A stretch of 64,000 nt of DNA from Solirubrobacterales bacterium (GCA_013815355.1 JACDGG010000002.1:23908-87907), one strand, 5' to 3'. Shown: positions 1 to 10,008, counted from the first letter of the stretch. Made by a program: numbers and translations. Notes: generated from the sequence alone by a model not told the origin.

Positions 1-40
1 TCCGTTGGCCGGTTGGAGCTCTTGAGGGTCTGTACTGGTT

Positions 41-256
41 ATGCAAGCACCAACAACAACAGCAGGGTCGCCGGCGGCGCTCTCGGAGGATCGGCTTCTT
101 CGCCCGGAGCAGGCCGCGTGGTATCTCAACGCCAAGACGAGCTGGGTCTACGAGGCTGTGAGGACTGGGTGGCTCCCTTGCCATCGGGTAGGCCGGCACA
201 TCCGCTTCACGCGCCCGATGCTGGACGAGTGGCTCGCCGAGCAACCACAGCAGTAG
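41..256 (+). CDS. Excisionase-family helix-turn-helix DNA-binding protein
   Basis: 71-aa ORF. WVYEAVRTGWLPCHRVGRHIRFTRPMLDEWL resembles Xis/MerR-like HTH excisionases. No integrase is visible inside the window. Confidence 0.55.
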   Translation: MQAPTTTAGSPAALSEDRLLRPEQAAWYLNAKTSWVYEAVRTGWLPCHRVGRHIRFTRPMLDEWLAEQPQQ

Positions 257-415
257 CACCCGCGAGCCCGATCGTGGAAACGACCTCCGCCTTGTCGAGG
301 CGGAACGGCGTGGGCACCGAGGGGCAGCGAAGGGCACGAAAAGGGCATGGATACAGGCGAAACGGGCTCTCGTAGGTTCCGACGCCTACCCGGCCATTCC
401 CGTGGTTTCCCGTCG

Positions 416-437
416 AGATGTGCGCCAGATGTGCGCC
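416..437. repeat. Perfect tandem duplication of an 11-bp unit (AGATGTGCGCC x2)
   Basis: Read directly. Lies in a non-coding, lower-GC stretch downstream of the Xis-like ORF. Confidence 0.9.
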
Positions 438-543
438 AAGCTACAGCGGAGCCTGCTCTCGTGGCGCCGCTCGCCCGCCTTGCCCGTCGAGCTGACGGCA
501 TATCCGTCTCACGCGCCAGATTGAGCAGCCTCGGTAGTAGCGG

Positions 544-696
544 CTAGGACTCGAACAGCGCGTCGATCTCGGGGCCCATGAGGTCGAGGACGTTGAGCCC
601 GTCCAGCGGCATCACGAGATGGCCGACGCTCGCCTGGGTGGTCTCGTTGCGCAGTTCCCTGATCGCATCCCAGCGTCCGCGCTTCTCGACCGGAGC
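544..696 (-). pseudogene. Stop-bounded 3' coding remnant of unknown family (...HLVMPLDGLNVLDLMGPEIDALFES*)
   Basis: 50 sense codons with about 90% G/C at third positions, like genuine genes here. An in-frame TAG at 697-699 leaves no plausible full-length start. Confidence 0.35.
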
Positions 697-886
697 CTAC
701 ACACGCTCTAAACAGCAGCAGTGAGAGGGTGACACTTCTTCACCAGCTCCCTTCTGCAAGTTACCTTTATAAGGTGAGGGGGTCAGCTACTGACCGACGC
801 TACAGGGTCAAAGAAAGAGCGCCACTGACAGCGTCATTTTGTCGCGCTCCCAGAAGACTGATGTACGACGGGAAGGGAGAGGCGGG

Positions 887-1459
887 ATGGCCAACCTCAT
901 CTATTCGGCGATCGCTTCGCTTGACGGATATGTCGAGGACACAGAGGGCAAGTTCGAGTGGGCGGCGCCGGATGACGAGGTGTTTGCGTTCGTCAACGAG
1001 CTTGAGAGGCCGATCGGCACCTACCTATACGGGCGCCGGATGTACGAGACGATGGTCTACTGGGAGACCGTGAGCACCGCCGATCAACGGCCAGTGTTCC
1101 GGGACTTCGCGGAGATCTGGCGGGCGGCCGAGAAGGTCGTGTATTCCCGAACGCTTCAAACGGTGTCCAGCGCGAGGAGGCGGATCGAGCGCGATTTCGA
1201 CATCGAGGAGGTCCGGCGGCTCAAGGAGACCTCAGGGCCCGACATCACGATCGGCGGTGCCCATCTGGCCGGACAGGCGATCAGGGCGGGATTGGTTGAC
1301 GAGTGCCATCTATTCCTCACGCCGATCGTGATAGGTGCCGGCAAGCCCGCACTGCCGGAAGATGTCCGCACGCCGCTCGAGCTGATGGGCGAGCGCCGCT
1401 TCGCAAGCGGGGTAGTTCACCTCCACTACCGCGTGAGCGTTGACTGCTCGTTCATCTGA
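887..1459 (+). CDS. Dihydrofolate reductase family protein (RibD C-terminal domain type)
   Basis: MANLIYSAIASLDGYVEDTEGKFEWAAPDDEV... and the later GPDITIGGAHLAGQ are typical of the family. Start moved to ATG 887, which follows GGAAGGGAGAGG. Confidence 0.85.
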   Translation: MANLIYSAIASLDGYVEDTEGKFEWAAPDDEVFAFVNELERPIGTYLYGRRMYETMVYWETVSTADQRPVFRDFAEIWRAAEKVVYSRTLQTVSSARRRIERDFDIEEVRRLKETSGPDITIGGAHLAGQAIRAGLVDECHLFLTPIVIGAGKPALPEDVRTPLELMGERRFASGVVHLHYRVSVDCSFI

Positions 1460-1503
1460 CCGGGTTTGCGATGCGCGTTGGGCTGGGCATCAGGGCTCGC
1501 GTC

Positions 1504-1917
1504 TCAGGGGGTGAGGGATTGCAGGCTCTCGGCGAGTGGGTGGATGCGGGCGAGGTGCTCGCGGGTGAGCGCCTCGAGCTGCTGGCGGCCTTGGTCGGTG
1601 AGTCGCAGGTGCACCCGGCGGTGGTCGGTGGGGTCCCGGTCTCGCTCGAGCAGTCCGGCGCTCTCGGCTCGTTGCGTGAGCTCGACGGCGCTGTGGTGGC
1701 GTATGTGCAGCTCCTCGGCGGCCTGGCCGATCGTCGGCCCGTGCGGGGCGGTGTAGCCGCGCACGACGAGCAGCAGCTGGTGAAGGGACGGGGTCAGCCC
1801 GGCGCGGTGGGCTGCCTGCTCGCTCCAGCGCATGAAGTCGCGCAGTTCGGTGCGGAACACGAGCAGCCGCTGATAGTCCTCCTCGCGCAGTGCGCGACTC
1901 GCGGGGATCCCGGTCAT
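1504..1917 (-). CDS. MarR family transcriptional regulator
   Basis: 137 aa with a winged-helix MarR pattern (LTPSLHQLLLVVRGY...TIGQAAEELHIRHHSAVELTQRAESAGLLER). Overlaps the upstream ClC gene by 4 nt. Confidence 0.9.
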   Translation of the reverse strand: MTGIPASRALREEDYQRLLVFRTELRDFMRWSEQAAHRAGLTPSLHQLLLVVRGYTAPHGPTIGQAAEELHIRHHSAVELTQRAESAGLLERDRDPTDHRRVHLRLTDQGRQQLEALTREHLARIHPLAESLQSLTP

Positions 1918-3794
1918 TGCGCTGGCTCACGTGTCGGGAGCAGCGTGCCCAATCCGCCCGTCAGTCCGCGAGGGCCGAGCGGCCGCTCGCGGTGGCGCTC
2001 CTCGACCAGGACCCGCTCGTGCGCCTTGAGCAGATCGAACTGGCTGATCAGGCCCAAGAGGCGCCCGGGCTCGCCGTGTTCGACCACGGGGAGGACGCCG
2101 TGGCCGCTTGAGACCATCAGGTCGGCCGCCGCGCGCAGCGTCTGGTCGGGCCGCACGAGCAGCGGCTGGCGGACCAGGGCGCTCGCGGTCACGGGGCCGC
2201 CTGTCTGCTGGACGGCCAGCACGTCTGACCACGCCAACACACCGGTAAGGACCCCGTCGCTGTCGAGTACCGGGTAAAGGCGTTGACGGCGACCGGGCGA
2301 GCCCTCGGGGAGCTGCCGGTAGAGCTCGCTGGCGGTCGTCTCAGCGGAGACCGTGAGGATCTCGGTACTCATGACGTCGCGGACCAGGAGGGCGTGCAGC
2401 GGGTCGACGTCGTACTCGCGGGTGACGTGGTAACCACGGCGGGCGACCTTCTCGGTCAGGATCGAACGCTTCAACGTCAGGACGCTCACCAAGTGCGCGA
2501 TCGTGCACGCCACCAGCAGCGCGAGCAGCGCGTTTACGTCGTGGGTGAGCTCGAGCGCGAACACGATGCTCGTAAACGGCGAGCGTGTCACGCCCGCGAG
2601 CGCGGCGGCCATGCCGAGCAGCGCCCAGGTCCCCTCCCCCGCCCCAGGCAGAATCGCTCCCAGAAGGCCTCCAAGCGCCGCGCCCAGCATCAGCAGCGGC
2701 GCGAGGATCCCACCGCTCGTGTTCGACCCCAGCGCGACTGACCACACGATCAGCTTGACCACCAGCAGCACCGCGAGGGTTCCGAGCGCGAGCTGTCCGG
2801 CGAGCTCGGAGCCGATCGTCGCGTAGCCGACGCCGAGCACCCGCGGTTCGATCAGACCACCCACGCCGACGACGACGCCACCGAGCGCCGGCCACCAGCC
2901 CCAATGCAACGGCAGGCGCCCGAACAGGTCCTCCGCGCCATACACGCAGCGAGTCATCACCCACGCAAGCCCACCGCACGCCACGCCGACCAGAACCGCA
3001 CTCACGGTCACCGAGAATCCCAGCGCACCGTGAGCGCTCATCGCAAAGAGCGGCGAGGCGCGCAGCAGCCCGCCGTGAACGAGCGCTTCCCGCAGCGCCT
3101 GCGCGGAGCACACCGCGAGCGCGACGGGGATCATCGAGCGCGGACGCCACTCGAACAGCAACAGCTCCACCGCCAGCAGCACCGCGGCGACGGGTGTGCC
3201 GAACACGGCGGTCATGCCCGCGGCCGCGCCGGCGACGAGCAGACAACGCCGCTCCGCGGCCGTGAGATGCAACAGCTGCCCGACGATGCTCCCCACCGCA
3301 CCGCCGGTGACGATGATCGGTCCCTCCGCGCCGAACGGCCCGCCCGTGCCGATGCTCACGGCACTGGAGATCGGCTTGAGCACCGCGAGCCGGGGTTCCA
3401 TGCGGCTGCCGCGCAACAGGATCGTTTCCATCGCCTCGGGGATCCCGTGGCCACGGATGCGCTCAGAGCCAAAGCGCGCCATCGCCCCCACGATCAAGCC
3501 GCCGATGACCGGCACGAGCACGCTCCACGGGCCCAGCACCGACGTGTCCGGCGGCGCGAGCGAGGTAGAGACGGTGCCGGTGTAGGCGAGGTGCGTGATC
3601 AGCCCGATCAGATCGAGTAGCCCCAGCGCGAGAAACGCCACGGCCACGCCGATGAACATCGCGAGCACGCCCAGCCCCAGCAGCCCACGCGTAGCGGTGA
3701 AGTCACCCAGCTCCCGCTCCGGGCCCTCACGCGGGCGGGAATCGGGTGTAACGATCGCGTCGCTCGGAAACCTGTCCACATGCTCGTCGACCAT
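1914..3794 (-). CDS. ClC-type voltage-gated chloride channel/antiporter with C-terminal CBS pair
   Basis: 626 aa, polytopic. ClC selectivity motifs GHGIPEAM and GPFGAEGP, with tandem CBS-like repeats at the C-terminus. Confidence 0.9.
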   Translation of the reverse strand: MVDEHVDRFPSDAIVTPDSRPREGPERELGDFTATRGLLGLGVLAMFIGVAVAFLALGLLDLIGLITHLAYTGTVSTSLAPPDTSVLGPWSVLVPVIGGLIVGAMARFGSERIRGHGIPEAMETILLRGSRMEPRLAVLKPISSAVSIGTGGPFGAEGPIIVTGGAVGSIVGQLLHLTAAERRCLLVAGAAAGMTAVFGTPVAAVLLAVELLLFEWRPRSMIPVALAVCSAQALREALVHGGLLRASPLFAMSAHGALGFSVTVSAVLVGVACGGLAWVMTRCVYGAEDLFGRLPLHWGWWPALGGVVVGVGGLIEPRVLGVGYATIGSELAGQLALGTLAVLLVVKLIVWSVALGSNTSGGILAPLLMLGAALGGLLGAILPGAGEGTWALLGMAAALAGVTRSPFTSIVFALELTHDVNALLALLVACTIAHLVSVLTLKRSILTEKVARRGYHVTREYDVDPLHALLVRDVMSTEILTVSAETTASELYRQLPEGSPGRRQRLYPVLDSDGVLTGVLAWSDVLAVQQTGGPVTASALVRQPLLVRPDQTLRAAADLMVSSGHGVLPVVEHGEPGRLLGLISQFDLLKAHERVLVEERHRERPLGPRGLTGGLGTLLPTREPAQ

Positions 3795-3805
3795 CGCTCA
3801 GCCCC

Positions 3806-3828
3806 AGCATATCGGGTGCCGATATGCT
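3806..3828. promoter_or_regulatory. 10-bp perfect inverted repeat AGCATATCGG-N3-CCGATATGCT, candidate MarR operator
   Basis: Read directly. Lies 12 nt upstream of the ClC start codon (3794, minus strand) at the head of the ClC-MarR operon. Confidence 0.4.
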
Positions 3829-3996
3829 CTGGGTCGAGGAGCTCTGCCTGGGGCCATCTCACTTGTGCAGCGGGCCTACGCGGCGACCGATCCCGCCGGT
3901 GGGATCATCTACTACGCAACGAGCATCCGATCGAGCTTTGGCTTCAGCGAATGGGGGATGCCGCCCGAAGCCGATACCCGCCGGGCGGTTTGCTTG

Positions 3997-5757
3997 TCAG
4001 ATCTCGTCGCGGTAGCCGAAGAACTCGTGGTCCTCCTGGTAGCCGCCGTAGCCGGCGAAGCGCTCTGAGAAGTGGCGCACGAACTCGATCTCGCCGATCC
4101 ACTTGACGTGCTTGAAGCCGAGCTGGTTCTCCACGCGCAGGCGCAGAGGCGCGCCGTGCAGGATCGGCAGGCGCTCACCGTTCATCTCGTACGCGAGCAG
4201 GCTCTGAGCGTGGCGCAGGTCGTGGATGCTGTGGGAGTCGTAGTAGACGCCGCCGTCCCCGCCCTTCGCCAGGGAGTAGAACATCACCCACTGCGCCTCG
4301 GGCTCGGGTTCCACGAGGTCGATCAGGGTGGAGAACGGCAGGCCGCCCCACTCGGCGATCCCAGACCAGCCCTGGATGCAGTTGTGCATCGTGATCTGCT
4401 GCTGCTTGGCCATCTCCCGCAGCTCGATGAGGGACAGCTCGACGGGGTGCTCGACAAGGCCGTGGACCTTCAGGCGATAGTCGCGAAAGTCGCCGTCTCG
4501 AAGCTGCTCCCACTCGGGACCTTCGGGCAGGCGGATGTGATTGGGCCAGAAGTACGGGCTTATGTCCTTGCGCTCGTATTGCACCTTGGGTGCGAAGTGA
4601 TCGAAAAGCAAGTCCATCACTCGTCCGACGGTGGCATTGGAGACGCGCTGCAGGATGCGGGTGTGCGTCCAGGAGAAGCGGACCGCCCACACGTTCAGGC
4701 CGATGACCAGCACGACGACGAGCAGCCAGATGGCAAAGCCGTTGAGATTGTCGGCGTTGCTGCCCAGCGTGATGTGATTCAGGTTTTTCGCGAGGCCCGT
4801 CAGGCCGACCAGCGCCATGTGCCCGAGGAAGAAGACGACGAAGCTGACCATGACCAGGAAGTGCAGCGAGCGGGCGATCTGGCGGTTGCCGAACGGGCGC
4901 GTGTACCAGCGGAAACGGTTATCGAGCGCCGGGGACATCGCGAGCCCCGTGAGGATCGCCAGCGGCGCGAGGATGAAAATGACCGCGAAGTAGCTGAGCT
5001 GCTGCAGCGCGTCATAACGGACCCAGGCGGTAGCTCCTTGGGGCAGATGCAGGCTCAGGTAGGTCACTCCGCATGACGCCGCTTCACCGAACAGTGACCA
5101 GCTTGTTGGAAGCAGACGGTGAAACCACGGCGTCGCGAAGAAGAACACGACGTAGGCGATCCCGTTGATGACGAACAGCATGTCGAAGATGAAGTGCCAG
5201 TGGCGGGCCACGCCGATCGTGTGGCGTCCGCCGGGAAGGCCCACGAGCGGGCTGAGAGTGATCGCGTCGTCCTTGGCCGTCCACACGCGATCCTGAGGCA
5301 CTGGGCCGCGAAAGCGCAGCCATTCCCGTCCCGGAGTGCAGTGCACCTTGCCATAGAGGCGTGGATGGTCGGCCAGCACCTGCAGCCCCGAGCGCACGAT
5401 CATGATCAGGAACACGAAGCTGAGCAGGTGCGTCCAGCGCACGAACGCTGGAACGCCGACCGGGGCGCTGGAGGCGTGGGCGATGCACACGTGGCGGGCG
5501 ACGAACGCGCGCCCGGAAGAGCTCGCCGCGTAGAGCTTGGCCGCCACGACGACGGCGACGCCGAGCCCGGCGACGGCGGCCAGCAGCCACCAGATCGAGA
5601 TGAACCGGCGCCCGAGGCGAATGTGCACGCGGGTGAGGCTCATCCGCGGATGCGCGCCGCTCTCGCTCAGCAGCGCCTGCTGCAGGTACTCGTCCTGCAG
5701 CTCGGCATCGTTGGGGGCCGACGCGAGAGGATCGTCCTCTGGAGGTCCACTGCTCAC
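3997..5757 (-). CDS. Fusion of cytochrome b-type membrane domain and molybdopterin-dependent (sulfite-oxidase fold, MsrP/YedY-like) oxidoreductase
   Basis: 586 aa. N-terminal multi-TM region has His-bearing helices (HWHFIFDMLF, SLHFLVMV). The C-terminal half has HNCIQGWSGIAEWGG and VENQLGFKHVKWI, typical of SUOX-fold Mo enzymes. Confidence 0.8.
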   Translation of the reverse strand: MSSGPPEDDPLASAPNDAELQDEYLQQALLSESGAHPRMSLTRVHIRLGRRFISIWWLLAAVAGLGVAVVVAAKLYAASSSGRAFVARHVCIAHASSAPVGVPAFVRWTHLLSFVFLIMIVRSGLQVLADHPRLYGKVHCTPGREWLRFRGPVPQDRVWTAKDDAITLSPLVGLPGGRHTIGVARHWHFIFDMLFVINGIAYVVFFFATPWFHRLLPTSWSLFGEAASCGVTYLSLHLPQGATAWVRYDALQQLSYFAVIFILAPLAILTGLAMSPALDNRFRWYTRPFGNRQIARSLHFLVMVSFVVFFLGHMALVGLTGLAKNLNHITLGSNADNLNGFAIWLLVVVLVIGLNVWAVRFSWTHTRILQRVSNATVGRVMDLLFDHFAPKVQYERKDISPYFWPNHIRLPEGPEWEQLRDGDFRDYRLKVHGLVEHPVELSLIELREMAKQQQITMHNCIQGWSGIAEWGGLPFSTLIDLVEPEPEAQWVMFYSLAKGGDGGVYYDSHSIHDLRHAQSLLAYEMNGERLPILHGAPLRLRVENQLGFKHVKWIGEIEFVRHFSERFAGYGGYQEDHEFFGYRDEI

Positions 5758-5898
5758 GCGTCAGCGCTCCTCGGCATGACCCGCCCGACGCCCTGGGTGC
5801 CTACACGGCGGCCGGCGTACCCACACATCGCGACAAAGTCTCCGTGGTCTCATGAGTGCCGACCACCACCGCCGGGCTGGGCCTTTTGGTTCCTCGAA

Positions 5899-6492
5899 TC
5901 ATGTCTCAGGGTACTGCGGGTCGCCGCGCGGGTCGTCGTGCTCGGCGGCCGCTTGGGGTGTGCGCACCTCGGTTGGCCCGGAGGTGGCCATGTTCACGTG
6001 CTCCGCCCGCCCCGGGATGAGCGCGTCCGCGAGCCGGGTGTCGGGCAGCTTGAGCACACGGTGGCCGTATACGAAGACGATTGTGCCGCCCAGGTAGCCG
6101 CCGACGATCAGGAAAACCTCGGCGATCACCCCGAGGATCCAGGCGACGGTCTTGACGTCGCCGTGGTTGTAGCCTGGGCGCTGCGCGAGCCACGTGAGCA
6201 CGAACAGCACGGTCGCGGACACCATCACCAGCAGGTGCACCGTCGCGACGCGTCGTAGCTCACTGCCCTTGGGCAGCTTGAGCCAGTCCAGCAGGCCGGT
6301 CACAGCCGCGAGCGCACCGAAGATCAGCCCGCCGCTGAGCGCCAACAGCGCACCGACCGCCATCTGGCTCTCCCGGACGTCCAGCGCCCCGAGTACCAGC
6401 ATGATGACGCTGATCGTGTACCCGCCGATCGCGACATCGGTCAGCGGCGGATGCGAGGGCTTCCCGGGAAACCCCCTAAGCAATCCGATCAT
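5899..6492 (-). CDS. DUF2231-like membrane protein
   Basis: GKPSHPPLTDVAIGGYT followed by 4-5 TM helices. Start moved to ATG 6492, which follows GGAGGAGGAG. The longer track ORF start lies inside the promoter motif. Confidence 0.75.
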   Translation of the reverse strand: MIGLLRGFPGKPSHPPLTDVAIGGYTISVIMLVLGALDVRESQMAVGALLALSGGLIFGALAAVTGLLDWLKLPKGSELRRVATVHLLVMVSATVLFVLTWLAQRPGYNHGDVKTVAWILGVIAEVFLIVGGYLGGTIVFVYGHRVLKLPDTRLADALIPGRAEHVNMATSGPTEVRTPQAAAEHDDPRGDPQYPET

Positions 6493-6537
6493 CTCCTCCT
6501 CCGATCCTGTAATGGACCCTGCGGTTTGCCATCCCTG

Positions 6538-6567
6538 TGTTAGCGTCACCGCCCGCCGAAACCTTAC
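6538..6567 (-). promoter_or_regulatory. Recurrent promoter-like motif instance GTAAGGTT-N15-GCTAACA
   Basis: Read on the minus strand. GAC precedes the GCT core. Points into the DUF2231/Mo-oxidoreductase genes. Confidence 0.5.
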
Positions 6568-6696
6568 CCCTGTTCGCCAGAGCCAGCTTGAACTGTGAGC
6601 AGAAGCTCAGGAGCTCGTCGCAGGCAGCATCGAATCTGCCCCTCCCTGGTCTCCGACCATAGTGCCGGGCTGTCCGTTCGGGCAAGCTAAAGGGTC

Positions 6697-7224
6697 GTGG
6701 CACACCAGCTGTGGACAATCGGACATTCCACCCACTCGTTGGAGGAGTTCGTCGGGCTGCTCTCACGCCACGAGATACGGCTGGTGTGCGATGTGCGTAC
6801 GGTGCCAAAGTCTCGACGTTACCCGCACTTCTTCGCAGACGCTCTCGCGGAGTCGCTCCCCGAGTACGGGGTTGACTATCGGCATCTCGCGGGATTGGGG
6901 GGATGGCGTCACGCTCAGCCTGATTCACCGAACGGGGCGTGGCGCAATGCGTCGTTTCGCGGGTACGCCGACTACGCGCTGAGCGCGGAGTTCGCTGACG
7001 CCCTGCTCGAGCTGTGCGAGCTGGCCATGCGAGGACGGACGGCCGTGATGTGCTCGGAGGCCCTATGGTGGCGCTGCCATCGTCGACTGATCGCCGACCG
7101 GCTCCTGACCGCTGGCTGGGAGGTGTGCCATATCGGGTCAGACGGACGCTCAAACCCACACGAGCTGGCCGACTTCGCTGTCGTGCGCTCAGACGGGATG
7201 GTGGTGTATCCGGGCGCCGCCTGA
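6697..7224 (+). CDS. DUF488 domain protein
   Basis: WTIGHSTHSLEEFVGLLSRHEIRLVCDVRTVPKSRRYPHF... is the canonical DUF488 N-terminus. Confidence 0.85.
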   Translation: MAHQLWTIGHSTHSLEEFVGLLSRHEIRLVCDVRTVPKSRRYPHFFADALAESLPEYGVDYRHLAGLGGWRHAQPDSPNGAWRNASFRGYADYALSAEFADALLELCELAMRGRTAVMCSEALWWRCHRRLIADRLLTAGWEVCHIGSDGRSNPHELADFAVVRSDGMVVYPGAA

Positions 7225-7248
7225 CTTGCGATGCTCACGAGGTAGGGC

Positions 7249-9242
7249 TCATGGTCCTTCTGATGGCCGCCGTGATGCCGGTGCCCTTCCCGGCGGCTGC
7301 GTGGGGATCTCGCGCGCGGGCGCCTTGGGGATCGGGCATGCCACTGGTTGGCCGACAGTGAGGAGTCCCGCACGGTCAGCGCCTCGTAGTAGGCGAAGTT
7401 GCGGGCCTTCTGCTCTTCGCTGAACGCGTCGCCGCGGAGGTGCATCGCCAACACGAGGTCGGCCTGCTTGACGACCTGCTTGCGATACAGGTCAAAGTAG
7501 GGGAAGTGCAGGAGCAGCGGGTACTGCTCGGGGGTGGTGGCGGCGAAGTCCCAGTGCTGGTGCTCGGTGAACCCTTCGGCTTGGGGATGGACGCCGAGCT
7601 GCTCGTCGTAGGGGATGCGCATGGCGTGCGAGGCGTCGCGCCAGGCGGCCGTCTCCTCGGTATCGACGCCGAGCTCAGCGGCACGATCGGGGTGGCGCTC
7701 GACCGCGTCTGCTGCCAAGCGCATGTTTCGCTGCGCCATGAGGTTGGTGTAGAGGTTGTTGTCGGCGACGGCGCTGTACTCGTCGGGGCCGGTGACCCCG
7801 TCGATACGAAATCCTCCGTCCATGTCGTGGTGGCCCAGTGAGCGCCACAGCCGCGCCGTTTCGACGAGTAGCTCCAGGCCGGTCTCACGTTCGAAGTCGT
7901 GATCGTCTGCGGCGGCTTGGTAGCGGCCGACGGCATCGGCGATGTCCGCGCCGACATGGAACGCCGCCGCTCCGGCTGGCCAGTACCCAGAGCATTCCTG
8001 TCCCTCGATCGTGCGCCACGGAAACGCGGCGCCGTTCAGACCCAGGAGCCTGGCACGCTCACGCGCCATCTCCAGCGTGGCGTGGCGCCAGCGCAGGGCG
8101 TCGCACGCGGCGTGCGGGGCGGTGTAGGTCAGGACGGGCAGGACGAACGTCTCGGTGTCCCAGAAGGCGTGCCCGTCATAGCCCGGGCCGGTCAGGCCCT
8201 TGGCGGCGATCGCGCGCTGCTCGCCCCTCGCGCCGGCCTGGAGCGTGTGAAACAGCGCGAAGCGCACCGCCTGCTGAAGCTCGGCGTCGCCTTCCAGCTC
8301 CACGTCTGCGCGCGCCCAGAAATCGTCGAGGTAGTCGCGCTGGCCGGCGAGCAGCCCGTCCCAGCCGGTGTGGCGCGCCTCCGCGAGTGCCGCGGAGACC
8401 TGGTCGCGCAGCGCCGCGCTCGAGCGCTGGCTCGACCACCCGTAGGCCAGCAGCTTGACCACACGCAGCCGTTGCCCGGGCTCGACGTCAGCGGTGACCG
8501 TCACGCGCGCGAGATCCTCGCTGCTCTCGGTCGCCGTCTCGATGCCGGATGGCCCCTCGACGATGTGGTCCATTCCGGCGGCCATCCGCAGCCCGCTCTT
8601 GCGCGTGACGTGAACCAGCACGGCGCGGGCGTCGTGGTCTGAGTGAAGCTCAGCGCGCAACGCCATGCCCAGCTCGGCCGCCGCCCTCGGGTCATTCTCG
8701 GCGAGAGGCATAGGCTCGTTGGCCACGAGCTCTGACTGCACGACCAGCCGCGCCGCGGCGTCCAGCGGCTCGACTTCATAGGACACGGCGGCCACCGCCC
8801 GCTGCACCAGAGAGACCACGCGCACCGAAGAGACCCGGACCCGCTTGCCTACCGGTGAGCGCCACTCGGCGCGGCGTCGCAGCACTCCGGCGCGGAAGTC
8901 CAGGATCCGCTCGTGGCTTTCCAGCTGACCGAAGCGCACATCGAAGGGCTCGTCATCGACCAGCAGGCGAATGATCTTGCCGTTGGTGACGTTGACCGCC
9001 GTCTGGTCCGCCTCGGGGTAGCCGTAGCCGGCCTCCGCGTAAGGCAGCGGACGCTCCTCGTAGAAGCCGTTGAGGTATGTGCCCGGCAGGCCCGGCGGCT
9101 CGCCCTCATCCAGATTGCCACGGAGCCCGATGTGCCCGTTTGCCAGTGCGAACACCGACCCGGCCTGGTCGAGCACGTCCAGGTCCAGCTCGGTCTCGCG
9201 GAGCGCCCACGGCTCCACGGCAAACGCCGGATGGGAGATCAC
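7249..9242 (-). pseudogene. GH65 disaccharide (kojibiose/trehalose/maltose-type) phosphorylase, internally deleted and frameshifted
   Basis: GH65 N-terminal and catalytic regions are continuous from 9242 to about 7350 (...FAYYEALTVRDSSLSA), then the frame turns into Arg-rich nonsense. The family C-terminal tail (PVACPIPKAPAREIPTQPPGRAP...*) sits at 7249-7347 in another frame. Roughly 130 codons are missing. Confidence 0.75.
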
Positions 9243-9982
9243 GAGCGCAGGAGATCGGCCAGGTCGGACACGACGATGTCGGCGCCATGCTCACGCAACG
9301 CGTCGGCCTGGCCGACCCGGTCCACCCCGATCACACAGCCAAACCCGCCGGCCCTACCCGCCGCCACGCCCGCCAGCGCGTCCTCGAACACAGCCGCCTG
9401 GGAAGGCTCGACGCCCAGCGCCCGCGCCCCGGCAAGGAATGTGTCCGGCGCGGGCTTGCCGTTCAGGTGATCGCGCTCGGCGACGACGCCGTCGATGCGC
9501 TGCTCGAAGAGATCCTCGATGCCCGCGGCGATCAGCACGTCGCGACAGTTGGTGCTCGAGGAGACCACCGCCCGGCGCAGCCCGGCCTCCCGCGCCGCGT
9601 GGACGTATCGCACCGACCCCTCATACGCCTGCACACCGTCGTCGCGGATCATTCCCAGCACGATCTCGTTCTTGCGGTTGCCGAGCCCATCAACAGTCTC
9701 CACATCCGGCGGATCGCTCTCCTTACCCTCTGGAAGGTCGATGCCGCGCGAGTCAAGGAATGAGCGCACCCCCTCATAGCGCGGCTTGCCATCGACGTAC
9801 TCCTCATAGTCACCGACCGCGTCAAATGCCACGAACTCCCCCCCGGCCCGCTCTGCCCGTTCGCGCAGATAGTCGTCAAACATCTCCTTCCAAGCAGCGG
9901 CGTGCACCTTGGCGGTTTGTGTGATCACGCCGTCGAGGTCAAACAGGCACGCACTTACACCGTCGGGCAAGCCGAGCATCAA
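9239..9982 (-). CDS. pgmB: Beta-phosphoglucomutase (HAD superfamily)
   Basis: [21 protein letters not shown]..., GKPAPDTFL and [15 protein letters not shown] motifs. Overlaps the GH65 start by 4 nt. ATG 9979 is the more likely start. Confidence 0.85.
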   Translation of the reverse strand: MMLGLPDGVSACLFDLDGVITQTAKVHAAAWKEMFDDYLRERAERAGGEFVAFDAVGDYEEYVDGKPRYEGVRSFLDSRGIDLPEGKESDPPDVETVDGLGNRKNEIVLGMIRDDGVQAYEGSVRYVHAAREAGLRRAVVSSSTNCRDVLIAAGIEDLFEQRIDGVVAERDHLNGKPAPDTFLAGARALGVEPSQAAVFEDALAGVAAGRAGGFGCVIGVDRVGQADALREHGADIVVSDLADLLRS

Positions 9983-10008
9983 CAGAACCTACGGACCGTG
10001 CTCATCAT
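9979..10008 (-). other. 9-codon upstream ORF (MMSTVRRFC*) overlapping the pgmB start
   Basis: TAGGAG Shine-Dalgarno 3 nt upstream. Its TGA overlaps the pgmB ATG as TGATG. Confidence 0.3.

Noticed and set aside
541-560. GGACTCGAAC, which resembles the reverse complement of a tRNA T-arm.
   Set aside because: No acceptor stem, anticodon arm or CCA context around it. It is the last codons (FES*) of the coding remnant.
773-805. CCGACGCTACAGG upstream of the DHFR-family gene as a 16th motif copy.
   Set aside because: The -10-like half fits, but the upstream box is GGTGAGGG at 18-nt spacing rather than GTAAG at 15/16 nt. Too weak to count.
2341-3246. Long Arg/Ala/Pro-rich ORFs antisense to or out of frame with good genes. 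Examples are 2341..3246, 11154..12311, 13830..14906, 43682..44590, 30176..31225 and the part of 46017..49142 upstream of 46755.
   Set aside because: Typical shadow ORFs of high-GC DNA. They have low-complexity composition, overlap genes with clear family motifs and have no SD sites.
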